Part shown: positions 18,397 through 28,215 of the stretch, in pieces
How positions within the stretch are numbered: the first letter of the stretch is position 1
Layout of the letters: each line of letters opens with the position of its first letter
Assembly: GCA_002257235.1 (NCBI GenBank)
Contig: NCGZ01000002.1
Location: 56 to 64,055, forward strand
Reading direction: 5' to 3'
DNA: 64,000 bases
From: Alphaproteobacteria bacterium 16-39-46
GTDB taxonomy: Bacteria; Pseudomonadota; Alphaproteobacteria; 16-39-46
The notes under the pieces: model-generated
Seen by the model: only the letters and a program-made list of their open reading frames with translations
What the model was told of the DNA's origin: nothing
Database searches by the model: none
Translations under genes and position numbers: made by a program

Positions 18397-19935
18397 TTAT
18401 AGTATTCCTGCTTTCATTTTTTCCAAGGTAATGGAGGCTTGATTACGAATTGCTTGCTGCTTTTCTATGCCGAATTTATCCCATGTAGAAAATACATATG
18501 ACATGCGCTGGTTGTGTCGAAATTTTACCTCATGACGCACCAGAAAATCCCAGTAAAGTCCGTTAAAAGGGCACGCATTCTTCTCAGTCACCACTTCTGG
18601 ATTATATTGGCAATGCTTACAATAGTCGCTCATTCGATGAATATATTTCCCGCTGGCAGCATAAGGCTTGCTCCCCACGATGCCACCATCCCCATAAAGA
18701 GCCATACCCAGTGTGTTAGGCATTTCTACCCATTCATAAGCATCAGAGTAGACAGCCAAATACCATTCTTGCACAGCTTTGACGTTAATTCCTGCCAGCA
18801 TTGCAAAGTTGCCTGTTATCATAAGCCTTTGAATATGGTGTGAATATGCGTGGTCACGGGTGTGGCGTACGGCTTCAGCAACACAGAACATATTTGTTTT
18901 CGCCCCCCAGTAAAAATCTGGAAGCGGGTTTGTTGCTGCAAGATCGTTCTTTTCTCCATATTCAGGCATATACATCCAATATATGCCACGTACAAATTCA
19001 CGCCACCCCAGAATCTGTCGAATAAAGCCTTCAACAGAATTGAGTGGCGCCTTACCTGAAAGGTATGCGTTTTCCGCGGCCTTACATATCTCCAAAGGGA
19101 GAAGCAAACCTGCATTTAGATACGAAGAAATCAGAGAGTGATACAGATAAGGCTCTCCTGATAGCATGGCATCCTGATAGTGTCCAAAGTCATGTAATAA
19201 TTCATTTATAAAATGATTTAATTCTAGCAATGCCTGGTCGCGAGTGACAGCATAGTGGAACGGCTCTAGGGTCCCAAAATGATCCGTAAATTTGTCTTGG
19301 ACCAATTCCAATACTTCTTCAATTATGGAAGATTTCTTGTGACTGATACGCTTTGGTATCTTCATTCCAGCCTTTGGTGGTTTTCGATTTTCCTTATCAT
19401 AACTCCACTTATCACCGATTGGTTTACTCTCTGATTCCATGAGAATTTTGTATTTCTGACGCATTCTGCGGTAAAAGAATTCCAGGCGCAATTGCACCTT
19501 GTTCTTTGCCCATGAAGCAAATTCTGCCTGTGTGGTCAAGAAACGTGTATCACCTAGAATTTCGACGGGAATACCAAATTCACTTTGCCAGTGCTTCATT
19601 TTTTGCAATATACGGTATTCTCCAGGTTCTGTGACGATAAGATGGGTCGCTTTAACTTGAGCTATGGCGCGTTTTACCTCACCAGCAAAACTGCCGGTAT
19701 TGAGAGGGTCATCTAACTTAACATAACGAATGGAATAGCCTTTACACCTTAATTCATCAGCAAAGTGACGCATAGCTGAGAACAAAAATGCAATTTTCTT
19801 TTTGTGGTGTTTAACGTATGTGAATTCCTCCATAAGTTCGCACAGCATCACAACATCTTCTTCAGCTTTGATTCCTTCAAGTGAAGTAATTGTGTGGGAA
19901 ATTTGGTCGGTTAAAATAAGACGAAGCGCAGACAT
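18397..19935 (-). CDS. phrB: FeS-BCP-type cryptochrome/photolyase (PhrB / CryB-like bacterial (6-4) photolyase)
   Basis: The 512-aa N-terminus (MSALRLILTDQIS) resembles PhrB. A C-terminal four-cysteine cluster (C..C...C....C) matches the [4Fe-4S] site of this family. Confidence 0.75.
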   Translation of the reverse strand: MSALRLILTDQISHTITSLEGIKAEEDVVMLCELMEEFTYVKHHKKKIAFLFSAMRHFADELRCKGYSIRYVKLDDPLNTGSFAGEVKRAIAQVKATHLIVTEPGEYRILQKMKHWQSEFGIPVEILGDTRFLTTQAEFASWAKNKVQLRLEFFYRRMRQKYKILMESESKPIGDKWSYDKENRKPPKAGMKIPKRISHKKSSIIEEVLELVQDKFTDHFGTLEPFHYAVTRDQALLELNHFINELLHDFGHYQDAMLSGEPYLYHSLISSYLNAGLLLPLEICKAAENAYLSGKAPLNSVEGFIRQILGWREFVRGIYWMYMPEYGEKNDLAATNPLPDFYWGAKTNMFCVAEAVRHTRDHAYSHHIQRLMITGNFAMLAGINVKAVQEWYLAVYSDAYEWVEMPNTLGMALYGDGGIVGSKPYAASGKYIHRMSDYCKHCQYNPEVVTEKNACPFNGLYWDFLVRHEVKFRHNQRMSYVFSTWDKFGIEKQQAIRNQASITLEKMKAGIL

Positions 19936-20169
19936 TTACTCTGCCTCAAGTATAATGAGTTTTATTTTTTTGTCGTGTTTTGAGTTTCGGCCAGAAACTC
20001 TTTTGCGCCAAAGTTTGAAACTTCCAGGCTTTAAATTGCTGCGCATAATTTTAATTACTTTGCTTTCGCTGAGGTCACTATCATTTTTGATTTTATCAAA
20101 CGAAATGTCGTCAGCCCACGCCATACTGATAATTTCGCTGATGAACGATGCTCTATGTTCTTTCTTCAC
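19936..20169 (-). CDS. DUF2805 / TIGR03643-family small protein, commonly photolyase-associated
   Basis: 77 aa, immediately downstream of the photolyase with no gap. The sequence resembles the TIGR03643 family that typically neighbours photolyase/cryptochrome genes. Confidence 0.55.
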   Translation of the reverse strand: MKKEHRASFISEIISMAWADDISFDKIKNDSDLSESKVIKIMRSNLKPGSFKLWRKRVSGRNSKHDKKIKLIILEAE

Positions 20170-20428
20170 GGTTTCATCCCATTGTTATCTAGATAATAAG
20201 CCATTACCAACAGTTCATTCCCTTCCAAAAATTTTTCTATTTTTAATCCTGCTACCAGACAATTTTAAAGGTTAATTTTATGGAGCTCAACACCCTTCTT
20301 AAAAAATATGAAATCTACTTTCAGGTAATCTTGCAAGAATTAAATGCTTTTCGCAAATGATTTTAGGGTTAATAATTTCGGGAAATGTCCAGAAACATAA
20401 TTGTAGTCTTGTTTTTCAATCTGGATTT

Positions 20429-20686
20429 TCATAAATTAAGAGTCGCCTTAACTTCTTCTAAGTCATAGAGTTCTCTCCGTTTATTTGCTTTTAAGATTTT
20501 TTCAGTTGTTTCAAGAGAGCCGAGCAGATGCATTGTTTCAACTAAGCTTGCGTAATCATCTCCAGAGAGAAGAATGCAATCATCTCCTGAATTTCTTTCA
20601 ATCTTTACGGGAAAGTGATTTTCACAAACCATATCCAGGTAGCTTTTTAGATGGTTTCGTAGGTGGGTATAGCTTACTGTTTCCAT
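20429..20686 (-). CDS. yefM: Type II antitoxin, Phd/YefM family
   Basis: 85 aa. METVSYTHLRNHLKSYLDMV...PVKIERNSGDDCILLS is a characteristic YefM fold sequence. Confidence 0.7.
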   Translation of the reverse strand: METVSYTHLRNHLKSYLDMVCENHFPVKIERNSGDDCILLSGDDYASLVETMHLLGSLETTEKILKANKRRELYDLEEVKATLNL

Positions 20687-20910
20687 TTTTATTTACTCCT
20701 TCGGGTATATAATATGTACAGAGTGTATGTACATATCTGTGACGTCAAGAAAAATGGTGTGATCAAAAGAGCATTCAACCTTCCTATTTCTAATCGAACT
20801 CTTTTAAATTGAGAAAATTTAGAAATAATTCATTTTTCGATGCGTTCTCAATCTCTAAAAAAAGTAACATTTAAAAGGGTCTTGGGTATTTTTTTAAAAG
20901 GGCGTCTTTT

Positions 20911-22035
20911 CTAAGCCCAAAGACGCTTCATCTTTTCAAGAAAGCTTTGTGATTGGGGGCTCACTTTCTTCGTCTTACTTTGCGCGTCAAAGTCCCGGAG
21001 GATATCTTTTTGTTTTTTTGTGAGGTTTTGAGGGGTTTCCACAATAATCTCCACAATCAAGTCTCCGCGAGAAGATCTTTGTAAAATGGGCATCCCTTTT
21101 CCTTTAAGGCGCAATTGCTGGCCAGACTGAGTTCCTTCTGGAACGGTGATGGTGGCTTTTCCTCCTTCAATCGTGGGTACGTCAATTTTGTCTCCCAAGG
21201 CAGCCTTTGTCATGGGAAGAGGAACTGTACAGAAGAGGTTAGCCCCCTCGCGTTCAAAGAAAGGATGAGGAAGAATAGAAATAAAAACGTAAAGATCTCC
21301 CGCAGGTCCACCACGAAGTCCGGCTTCTCCCTCTCCTCGGACACGCAGACGTGTTCCTTCTTCAATTCCGGCTGGAATGTTGATAGAGATTTTCTTTGTT
21401 TTGGTGAGGCGTCCTTGTCCTTTGCAGGAGGTACAAGGATTTTGGATGAGAGCTCCTGTTCCTTGACAGGAAGAACAAGTTCTTTCCATCATGAAAAATC
21501 CCTGTTGAAATCTCTGGCGTCCTGATCCATAGCAGTGATGACACGTTTCAGCAGCACTTTTATCCGTTTGACCAGATCCGTCACAGGTGTCACACGTCAC
21601 AAGGGTGCGGAGTGAGATTTCAGGACGTGATTCTTTAAAAATGTGCTCAAGAGGAATTTCAAGATCATGTTTAATGTCGGACCCTCGAGAGTTTTGAGAT
21701 TGAGGGCCTTGAGAACTTCCCCCTGTCATGTCTCTAAACATCTCTTCGAAAATAGAAGAAAAATCAGTTCCCTGACCAAATCCTTGGGACTGGTGACCTC
21801 TTCCCCCATTCTCAAAAGCGCTCATGCCATGCCGATCATAGGCAGCGCGCTTATCTGCATCGCTTAAGATTTCATAGGCTGACGTTGCTTCTCGAAACTT
21901 TGCTTCTGCCCCTTTGTTCCCAGGATTGCGGTCAGGGTGATGCTCTAAAGCAAGCTTACGAAAGGCTTTTTTGATGGTTTCCTGGTCTGCTGTACGAGAG
22001 ACATTTAAAACTTCATAAAGATCGCGTTTGGACAT
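20911..22035 (-). CDS. dnaJ: Molecular chaperone DnaJ
   Basis: J domain with HPD, a G/F-rich region and four CxxCxGxG zinc-finger repeats. Confidence 0.95.
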   Translation of the reverse strand: MSKRDLYEVLNVSRTADQETIKKAFRKLALEHHPDRNPGNKGAEAKFREATSAYEILSDADKRAAYDRHGMSAFENGGRGHQSQGFGQGTDFSSIFEEMFRDMTGGSSQGPQSQNSRGSDIKHDLEIPLEHIFKESRPEISLRTLVTCDTCDGSGQTDKSAAETCHHCYGSGRQRFQQGFFMMERTCSSCQGTGALIQNPCTSCKGQGRLTKTKKISINIPAGIEEGTRLRVRGEGEAGLRGGPAGDLYVFISILPHPFFEREGANLFCTVPLPMTKAALGDKIDVPTIEGGKATITVPEGTQSGQQLRLKGKGMPILQRSSRGDLIVEIIVETPQNLTKKQKDILRDFDAQSKTKKVSPQSQSFLEKMKRLWA

Positions 22036-22154
22036 GGTTTATCATAAAAAAAAAGGGTTAAAAAAAATTTAAAAGCAAGATTAAGAAAAAGTAAAAATGA
22101 GAATTTTTAGAAGGGCTTCTGAAAGATAAATTTCAAAAGCCCTTCTGATATTCT

Positions 22155-24062
22155 TTATTTAGCGTCTGGGGTATCGTCTGAAATTTCTTCAAACTGAGCA
22201 TCCACAACGGGACCCTCTTCAGGCGAAGTGGCTTCAGAGGAAGGTGTTTCTTGAGATGCCTGATGGAGAATTTCTCCAAGACGCATGGAAGACTGGCTTA
22301 AAGCCTCCATTTTAGTCTTGATATCATCAAGATCTTCTCCTTCAAGAGCTTTTTTCAAAGCCTCTTGATCAACTTCGATTTTTGCTTTGTCATCTGCACC
22401 TACTTTATCGCCTGCATCAGAAAGCGATTTTGTGACGGTGTTTAGAAGACCTTCCGCGTGGTTTTTCATCTCAATAATTTCACGACGCTTTTTGTCTTCC
22501 GTCTCGTTTTCTTGGGCTTCTTTGATCATTTTTTCAATTTCAGCTTCAGAAAGTCCGCCGGACGCTTGAATCTTAATTTGTTGTTGTTTCCCCGTAGCTT
22601 TGTCTTGTGCGGAGACTTGAACAATACCATTGGCATCAATATCGAACGTTACTTCAATCTGAGGAACGCCGCGCGGAGCCCCGGGAATACCCACGAGATC
22701 AAATTGACCCAAGAGCTTGTTATGGGTTGCAATTTCACGCTCTCCCTGGAAAACCCTAATTGTCACCGCAGTTTGATTATCTTCTGCCGTTGAGAAGGTT
22801 TGACTTTTGCGTGTTGGAATTGTGGTATTGCGTTCAATAAGAGCTGTGAAAATGCCACCGAGAGTTTCAATTCCAAGAGAGAGTGGGGTGACGTCGAGAA
22901 GAAGGACATCTTTCACGTCTCCTTTTAAGACAGCCCCTTGAATTCCAGCCCCAATAGCAACAACTTCATCAGGGTTGACGCCTCTATGAGGATCTTTCCC
23001 AAAAAATGCTTTTACTTTCTCAATCACGTTTGGCATACGTGTCATCCCCCCTACGAGAATGACTTCATCAATTTGAGAAGCTTTGAGTCCTGCATCTTTT
23101 AAGGCATCTTTACAGGGTGTAATTGTTCGATCAATAAGATCTTCAACAAGCGATTCAAGTTTGGAACGTGTGAGCTTTATGGTCAGATGTTTAGGGCCAG
23201 ACGCATCGGCTGTAATGAAGGGTAAATTGACTTCTGTTTGAAGGGAGCTTGAAAGTTCAATTTTAGCCTTTTCTGCAGCTTCTTTGAGGCGTTGAAGGGC
23301 AAGACGATCTTTTCTGAGATCAATTCCTTGCTCTTTTTTAAACTCATCTGCAAGATAATCCATGATGCGCTGATCAAAGTCCTCGCCCCCAAGGAAAGTA
23401 TCTCCGTTGGTGGCTTTCACTTCAAAAACACCATCCCCAATTTCTAAAACAGAGACGTCAAATGTTCCCCCGCCAAGGTCATAAACAGCGATAAGTCCAG
23501 ACCCTTTTTTCTCAAGACCATAAGCAAGTGCTGCGGCTGTAGGTTCATTGATAATACGAAGAACATCAAGCCCCGCAATGCGTCCAGCATCCTTTGTTGC
23601 TTGACGCTGAGCATCATCAAAGTAGGCTGGGACTGTAATAACGGCTTCCGTTACTTTTTCTCCGAGATAGCTTTCAGCCGTTTCCTTCATCTTTTGAAGA
23701 ATGAACGCGCTGATTTGGCTGGGGCTATATTTTTCGGAACGGGCCTCAACCCACGCATCTTTATTATCTCCAGAGACAATTTTATAAGGAACGAGTTTCT
23801 TATCTTTTTGAGTGAGAGGATCATCATACCTACGTCCAATAAGGCGTTTTACAGCAAAAATGGTATTTTCATAGTTGGTAACGGCTTGCCGTTTTGCAGA
23901 TTGTCCAACCAAGCGCTCACCATTTTCCGTAAAGGCAACCATCGAAGGCGTTGTTCTAAACCCTTCGCTGTTTTCAATTACTTTGGGTTTTCCACCTTCC
24001 ATGACAGAAACGCAGGAGTTGGTTGTTCCAAGGTCAATACCTATAACTTTATTCGATGACAT
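22155..24062 (-). CDS. dnaK: Molecular chaperone DnaK (Hsp70)
   Basis: 635 aa with canonical Hsp70 signatures ([27 protein letters not shown]). Confidence 0.97.
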   Translation of the reverse strand: MSSNKVIGIDLGTTNSCVSVMEGGKPKVIENSEGFRTTPSMVAFTENGERLVGQSAKRQAVTNYENTIFAVKRLIGRRYDDPLTQKDKKLVPYKIVSGDNKDAWVEARSEKYSPSQISAFILQKMKETAESYLGEKVTEAVITVPAYFDDAQRQATKDAGRIAGLDVLRIINEPTAAALAYGLEKKGSGLIAVYDLGGGTFDVSVLEIGDGVFEVKATNGDTFLGGEDFDQRIMDYLADEFKKEQGIDLRKDRLALQRLKEAAEKAKIELSSSLQTEVNLPFITADASGPKHLTIKLTRSKLESLVEDLIDRTITPCKDALKDAGLKASQIDEVILVGGMTRMPNVIEKVKAFFGKDPHRGVNPDEVVAIGAGIQGAVLKGDVKDVLLLDVTPLSLGIETLGGIFTALIERNTTIPTRKSQTFSTAEDNQTAVTIRVFQGEREIATHNKLLGQFDLVGIPGAPRGVPQIEVTFDIDANGIVQVSAQDKATGKQQQIKIQASGGLSEAEIEKMIKEAQENETEDKKRREIIEMKNHAEGLLNTVTKSLSDAGDKVGADDKAKIEVDQEALKKALEGEDLDDIKTKMEALSQSSMRLGEILHQASQETPSSEATSPEEGPVVDAQFEEISDDTPDAK

Positions 24063-24143
24063 CGTTCATTCTCCTTAGTGTTGCGATGATGATACGTTAA
24101 GAATTTAAAATAAGGGGGAGAGTTTTTAGGCGCTCCTCCTTAA

Positions 24144-24173
24144 ACATGTAGGTATTCATTTTTAAATTTCAAG
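24144..24173 (-). promoter_or_regulatory. Candidate sigma-32 (RpoH)-type heat-shock promoter for dnaK-dnaJ
   Basis: On the minus strand, CTTGAAA (complement of 24167..24173) is followed after about 16 to 18 nt by CCTACATGT (complement of 24144..24152). This loosely matches CTTGAAA-N-CCCCATNT and lies about 80 nt upstream of the dnaK start. Confidence 0.3.
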
Positions 24174-24597
24174 GGGCAAGATATCTTTTTTTAAAGAAAA
24201 CCATTTTTTTGTGAATTTTGTTCATGAAAGGCCACGATTTCAAGATGTTTTAAAACAGAGCGAGTTTATAGAGTTTCCTCAAAGTTGATCTTAAATTCTT
24301 AACAGAGAGGCGGTGGAGGAGTTAATTTGATGCTTTTGTTTAGCACAAGTAGGTCTCAGGAGACAAGAAAATCTTCCAAAATTGTTTCTCTAAAGTTTAA
24401 AGAATATGAAAAAAGATTAAAAAGAAAAGTTTTTAAGCACGACAATGCCTTTTGTGAGTTTTAAGGGGTATGACTGTGCCGATTAAGCAAGAAGTCAATT
24501 AATAGGTTAATTTGGGTTACATTAACAAAACTTAAATAAATTTTTCTTTTGACTTCGGTGTGTGATGTTGTTAGGAAAAAGATATCAGAACTTAAAT

Positions 24598-24672
24598 GCG
24601 GGCGTAGCTCAGGGGTAGAGCACAACCTTGCCAAGGTTGGGGTCGAGGGTTCAAATCCCTTCGCCCGCTCCA
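24598..24672 (+). tRNA. tRNA-Gly (anticodon GCC)
   Basis: GCGGGCGTAGCTCAGGGGTAGAGCACAACCTTGCCAAGGTTGGGGTCGAGGGTTCAAATCCCTTCGCCCGCTCCA. It has a 7-bp acceptor stem, D- and T-arms, a CTTGCCAAG anticodon loop and an encoded CCA. Confidence 0.9.
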
Positions 24673-25285
24673 AAATCAATATTATTTGAAGATGATTTTG
24701 GAAAACGTTTAAAACTCTCCATGGTCTAACAAAAGTATTCATTAAGAAACTCAGATTTTAAGGGTTCATTTCAAAAAGTTCTCAGAAATAAACTCTTTCA
24801 GAAAATAATGATTTAAAAACCAGAATACAATAAGAATCGAAGATTTTGTAAGAGAAGAAATCAAGAAATATTTCGAAAGAGGCTATGATGCTCTTAACTG
24901 CCGAAAAATCGCTTTTTCTTCTTGTTAACTCCAAAAAAGTCTTTTAGATGGGTTTTTTTCTTCCCTTAAATCCCATTTTGGAACCTTTTTGAATCCAAGC
25001 GTTTTAAAATTCAGAATAAATTTATTGAAAAAAAAGAGTTTTTTTCAGATTTTTAAGGGATCCTTATGTCGCAACTTTAATTTCTTCCGAACGTTCCGGA
25101 TGTTTGTTTGATTTTACAAAAATTTAAAGGAGAGCGAAAGGGCCTTCTTTTGCTTAAAATGTTGCATTTTAAACGCTTTTTCGAATGAAATAAGCATCCT
25201 TGAAGATATTCATTTCTCAAACATAAGAAAACGTTATAAATTCAAAAAGTAGGCTCAGCCTCTGAGTTTAAAGATAGGGTTTTAA

Positions 25286-26638
25286 ATGCAGCGTTTTCTT
25301 TTTGTGTGTGCGTCTCTTTATTTTATGAGTGGACTTGTATCTGTTGATGCCAGCACCCTCGAGATATATCGTCTTTTGAATCTCTTTGGAGACGTGTTTT
25401 CTAGAGTGCGTACAGATTATGTTGAATCTGTTGAGGATCAAAAACTCATTGAAAATGCCCTAAACGGCATGTTAACAGCCCTTGATCCCCATTCCAGTTA
25501 TATGAATGAGAAAGAATTTCAAGAACTCAAAGACATGACCAAAGGCGAATTCGGTGGAATTGGCGTTGAGATCATTGGAGAACATGGGGTCATTAAGGTT
25601 ATTACGCCGATTGATGATACGCCAGCATTTCAAGCAGGAATTGAACCTGGCGACTATATCGTGGAGGTCGATGAACAACCCATCCTTGGGATGACGTCGA
25701 CGGAAGCCGTTGAAAAAATGCGTGGAAAGCCCGGAACGTCTCTTAAGCTTAAGATTGTGAGAGAGGGAAAGGACCCCTTTGTTGTAGAGATGAAGCGTGA
25801 GCAAATTATTGTAAAACCGGTTCGCTGGAAAATTGAAAAAGATATTGCAATCATTCGAATTACAACTTTTATTGATGAGAAAACGGGAGAGAAACTTCTT
25901 ATAGCCCTCAAAGAAATCCGAGAGAAATTGGGTCATGATCCTCGGGGGATCATTTTAGATCTTCGGAATAATGCCGGTGGACTCTTAGAGCAAGCGGTTG
26001 CTGTGTCTGACGTCTTTTTAGATGCAAAAGAAATTGTTTCCATAAAAGGAAGAGATGAGAAGGAGCTTCAGCGTGCTTATTCAAATCCTGGAGAAGAGGT
26101 CAAAGGGATTCCGATTATTGTTCTCATTAATAATTGGACAGCGTCTTGCCCTGAAATTGTAGCAGGCGCTCTCCAAGATCATAAACGTGCGACGATTCTT
26201 GGAACCCGTTCTTATGGCAAAGGGTCTGTTCAGACGGTGATGCCTCTTTCTGGCTATGGCGGTCTCCGTTTGACAACACATCTTTATTACACCCCGAACG
26301 GAAGATCAATTCAAGCGAAAGGAATTGAGCCAGATATTGAAGTCACGCAAGCAAAAGTGCAAATCGTTGAAGACGCGAAAGAGACTTTTAGAGAAGAAAA
26401 TATTCCAGGAGCCTTAAAGGTAGAGCTTAACCGGGTTAAACAGGAAAAAATAGAAAAGGAAAAGGATAAAGATAAAAATACAGAAGATAAATCTCTCCCT
26501 GCTCAAAAAGAAGTTTCAGAAAGTGGGAATAAAAAAGAAAAATCCATGCTAGACCCCTCTGAAGATTATCAGCTTCGTCGTGCCATCGATCTGATGGAAG
26601 GACTCAGCATTGTGCGGTCCATTGAAAAAGACATATAG
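25286..26638 (+). CDS. ctpA: Carboxy-terminal processing protease (S41 family)
   Basis: Signal peptide, PDZ domain and S41 catalytic region (GSVQTV...K). 450 aa. Confidence 0.9.
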   Translation: MQRFLFVCASLYFMSGLVSVDASTLEIYRLLNLFGDVFSRVRTDYVESVEDQKLIENALNGMLTALDPHSSYMNEKEFQELKDMTKGEFGGIGVEIIGEHGVIKVITPIDDTPAFQAGIEPGDYIVEVDEQPILGMTSTEAVEKMRGKPGTSLKLKIVREGKDPFVVEMKREQIIVKPVRWKIEKDIAIIRITTFIDEKTGEKLLIALKEIREKLGHDPRGIILDLRNNAGGLLEQAVAVSDVFLDAKEIVSIKGRDEKELQRAYSNPGEEVKGIPIIVLINNWTASCPEIVAGALQDHKRATILGTRSYGKGSVQTVMPLSGYGGLRLTTHLYYTPNGRSIQAKGIEPDIEVTQAKVQIVEDAKETFREENIPGALKVELNRVKQEKIEKEKDKDKNTEDKSLPAQKEVSESGNKKEKSMLDPSEDYQLRRAIDLMEGLSIVRSIEKDI

Positions 26639-26653
26639 ATTGTTACGCGGAAA

Positions 26654-27610
26654 ATGGATCAGAAAACGTCCCCTCAAAATAAATCAAAAAAATTATCTTT
26701 TTTTTTAGGGATTGTTTTGGGAAGTATCCTTGCGATCGGAAGTGTTTTTTTTCTTGTTTCCTCTTTCTTGCATCATTATTCAGTTACACCCACTTCCATT
26801 CCAACTTTAATAGCCCTGCATAAGCAAGATTTTAAAAGAGAGATGAAAGACGATAAGAAGAAGGATATTTCTGTTATTGAGACACCTTCTACTTCTCCTC
26901 TCAGAAGTGTTTCTTCTCCACAAAAGCCAAATAAGGCTTCCCTAGCGCTTGTTTTTGTGGGCGTTGGACCCGACACAAAAACGCTTTTACGCGCCCTTAA
27001 AGTCTTTCCTAAACAGGTTTCTTTCTCTTTTGCGCCCTTTACGCCAGAGGTTTCAGAGTGGATCCTAAAAGTTCACCAAAGAGGGTTTGAGGTTCTTTTG
27101 GATCTTCCCTTAGAGTCGGCTGAGTTTCCTCAATTAAACAAGGGGCCTTATACATTATTGAAGGATGCGCCTGAATCCGAAAATCTTTCAAAACTCGCGT
27201 TGATCCTTGAAAAAGGACATGGTGAGATTGTAGGTCTTTATGGATTTATGGGATCTCGGATTTGTAATTCTAAAAAGGACATGTATCCCATTTTGAAAAC
27301 GCTTAAGAAAAAGGGGTATATGTTCTTAGGACATAAAACGCCTCATTCTTGTATAAAACCTTTGTCTCAGCTTTTAAACCTTCCTTATGTCCCAACCACT
27401 CAATTTTTAGAAGGCGACGAATCTGAAGAAAATTTAAAAGAAAACCTTCAAAACCTTGAAAATAAAGCACGTAAACAGGGAGTTGTGGTGGGTGTTGCAT
27501 ACCTGCAAGAGGCGTCGTTTGAGACTCTGAAAATGTGGCTCGAAACGCTTCACGAACGTGACATCACCCTCATTCCTGTGTCAAAAACTTCTCAAGGAGG
27601 GGCCTCATGA
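26654..27610 (+). CDS. Divergent polysaccharide deacetylase family protein (YibQ-like)
   Basis: N-terminal TM segment and a conserved ctpA-yibQ-rppH neighbourhood. 318 aa. Confidence 0.65.
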   Translation: MDQKTSPQNKSKKLSFFLGIVLGSILAIGSVFFLVSSFLHHYSVTPTSIPTLIALHKQDFKREMKDDKKKDISVIETPSTSPLRSVSSPQKPNKASLALVFVGVGPDTKTLLRALKVFPKQVSFSFAPFTPEVSEWILKVHQRGFEVLLDLPLESAEFPQLNKGPYTLLKDAPESENLSKLALILEKGHGEIVGLYGFMGSRICNSKKDMYPILKTLKKKGYMFLGHKTPHSCIKPLSQLLNLPYVPTTQFLEGDESEENLKENLQNLENKARKQGVVVGVAYLQEASFETLKMWLETLHERDITLIPVSKTSQGGAS

Positions 27611-28182
27611 GTCTTATTGATCTTTCTTATCGTTTTGGTGTTGGAATTATTGTTTTAAACAAAGACAAAGAAGTTTTTGTTGCCCATCGGTATAACAATG
27701 GCCCTGGGACCGAAACACTCCAGGCTCCCATTTTAGAAGAAGACCAAAAAAAGATAAAAGAAAACAAAACTCTGGATCAATTCGAGCATAAAAATCTTCC
27801 CGATTTAAGGGATTATTTATGGCAAATGCCTCAAGGCGGTATGGACGCAGGAGAGTCGGTTGAAGAAACAGCACTCAGAGAGCTTTTTGAGGAAACAGGA
27901 ATTAAATCTGTTAAGATTCTTAAGGTTGGCAAAAAAGACTATTTTTATGATCTTCCAGAGGCGCTTTCTCTAAAAGTTTGGGAGGGGAAATATAAGGGAC
28001 AGTGTCAAAGATGGGTTTTAATGACCTTTTTAGGAGAGGACTCTGAGATTAATTTAGAGGCCCACGACATTCAAGAATTTGATGCTTGGCGGTGGATTTC
28101 ACCGAACGTTTTACCGGACATTGTGACGCCGTTTAAACGAGATCTCTATAAAAACCTTCTCATTGATTTTGAGCTGGTGTAG
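27607..28182 (+). CDS. rppH: RNA pyrophosphohydrolase (NUDIX)
   Basis: NUDIX box GGMDAGESVEETALRELFEETGI. There is a 4-bp overlap with the upstream gene. Confidence 0.8.
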   Translation: MSLIDLSYRFGVGIIVLNKDKEVFVAHRYNNGPGTETLQAPILEEDQKKIKENKTLDQFEHKNLPDLRDYLWQMPQGGMDAGESVEETALRELFEETGIKSVKILKVGKKDYFYDLPEALSLKVWEGKYKGQCQRWVLMTFLGEDSEINLEAHDIQEFDAWRWISPNVLPDIVTPFKRDLYKNLLIDFELV

Positions 28183-28215
28183 AATTAAAAAAAGGAAGTC
28201 CTCTTAGAAAAAAAC

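Noticed and set aside
20893-20926. Hairpin GCGTCTTT...AAAGACGC spanning the dnaJ stop codon as a possible terminator
   Set aside because: The stem overlaps coding sequence and the downstream U-tract is weak (UUUU then A-run). Termination may occur but the evidence is marginal.
24461-24742. 93-aa minus-strand ORF overlapping tRNA-Gly
   Set aside because: It is the reverse complement of a tRNA gene and intergenic DNA. ORFs of this kind are artefactual.
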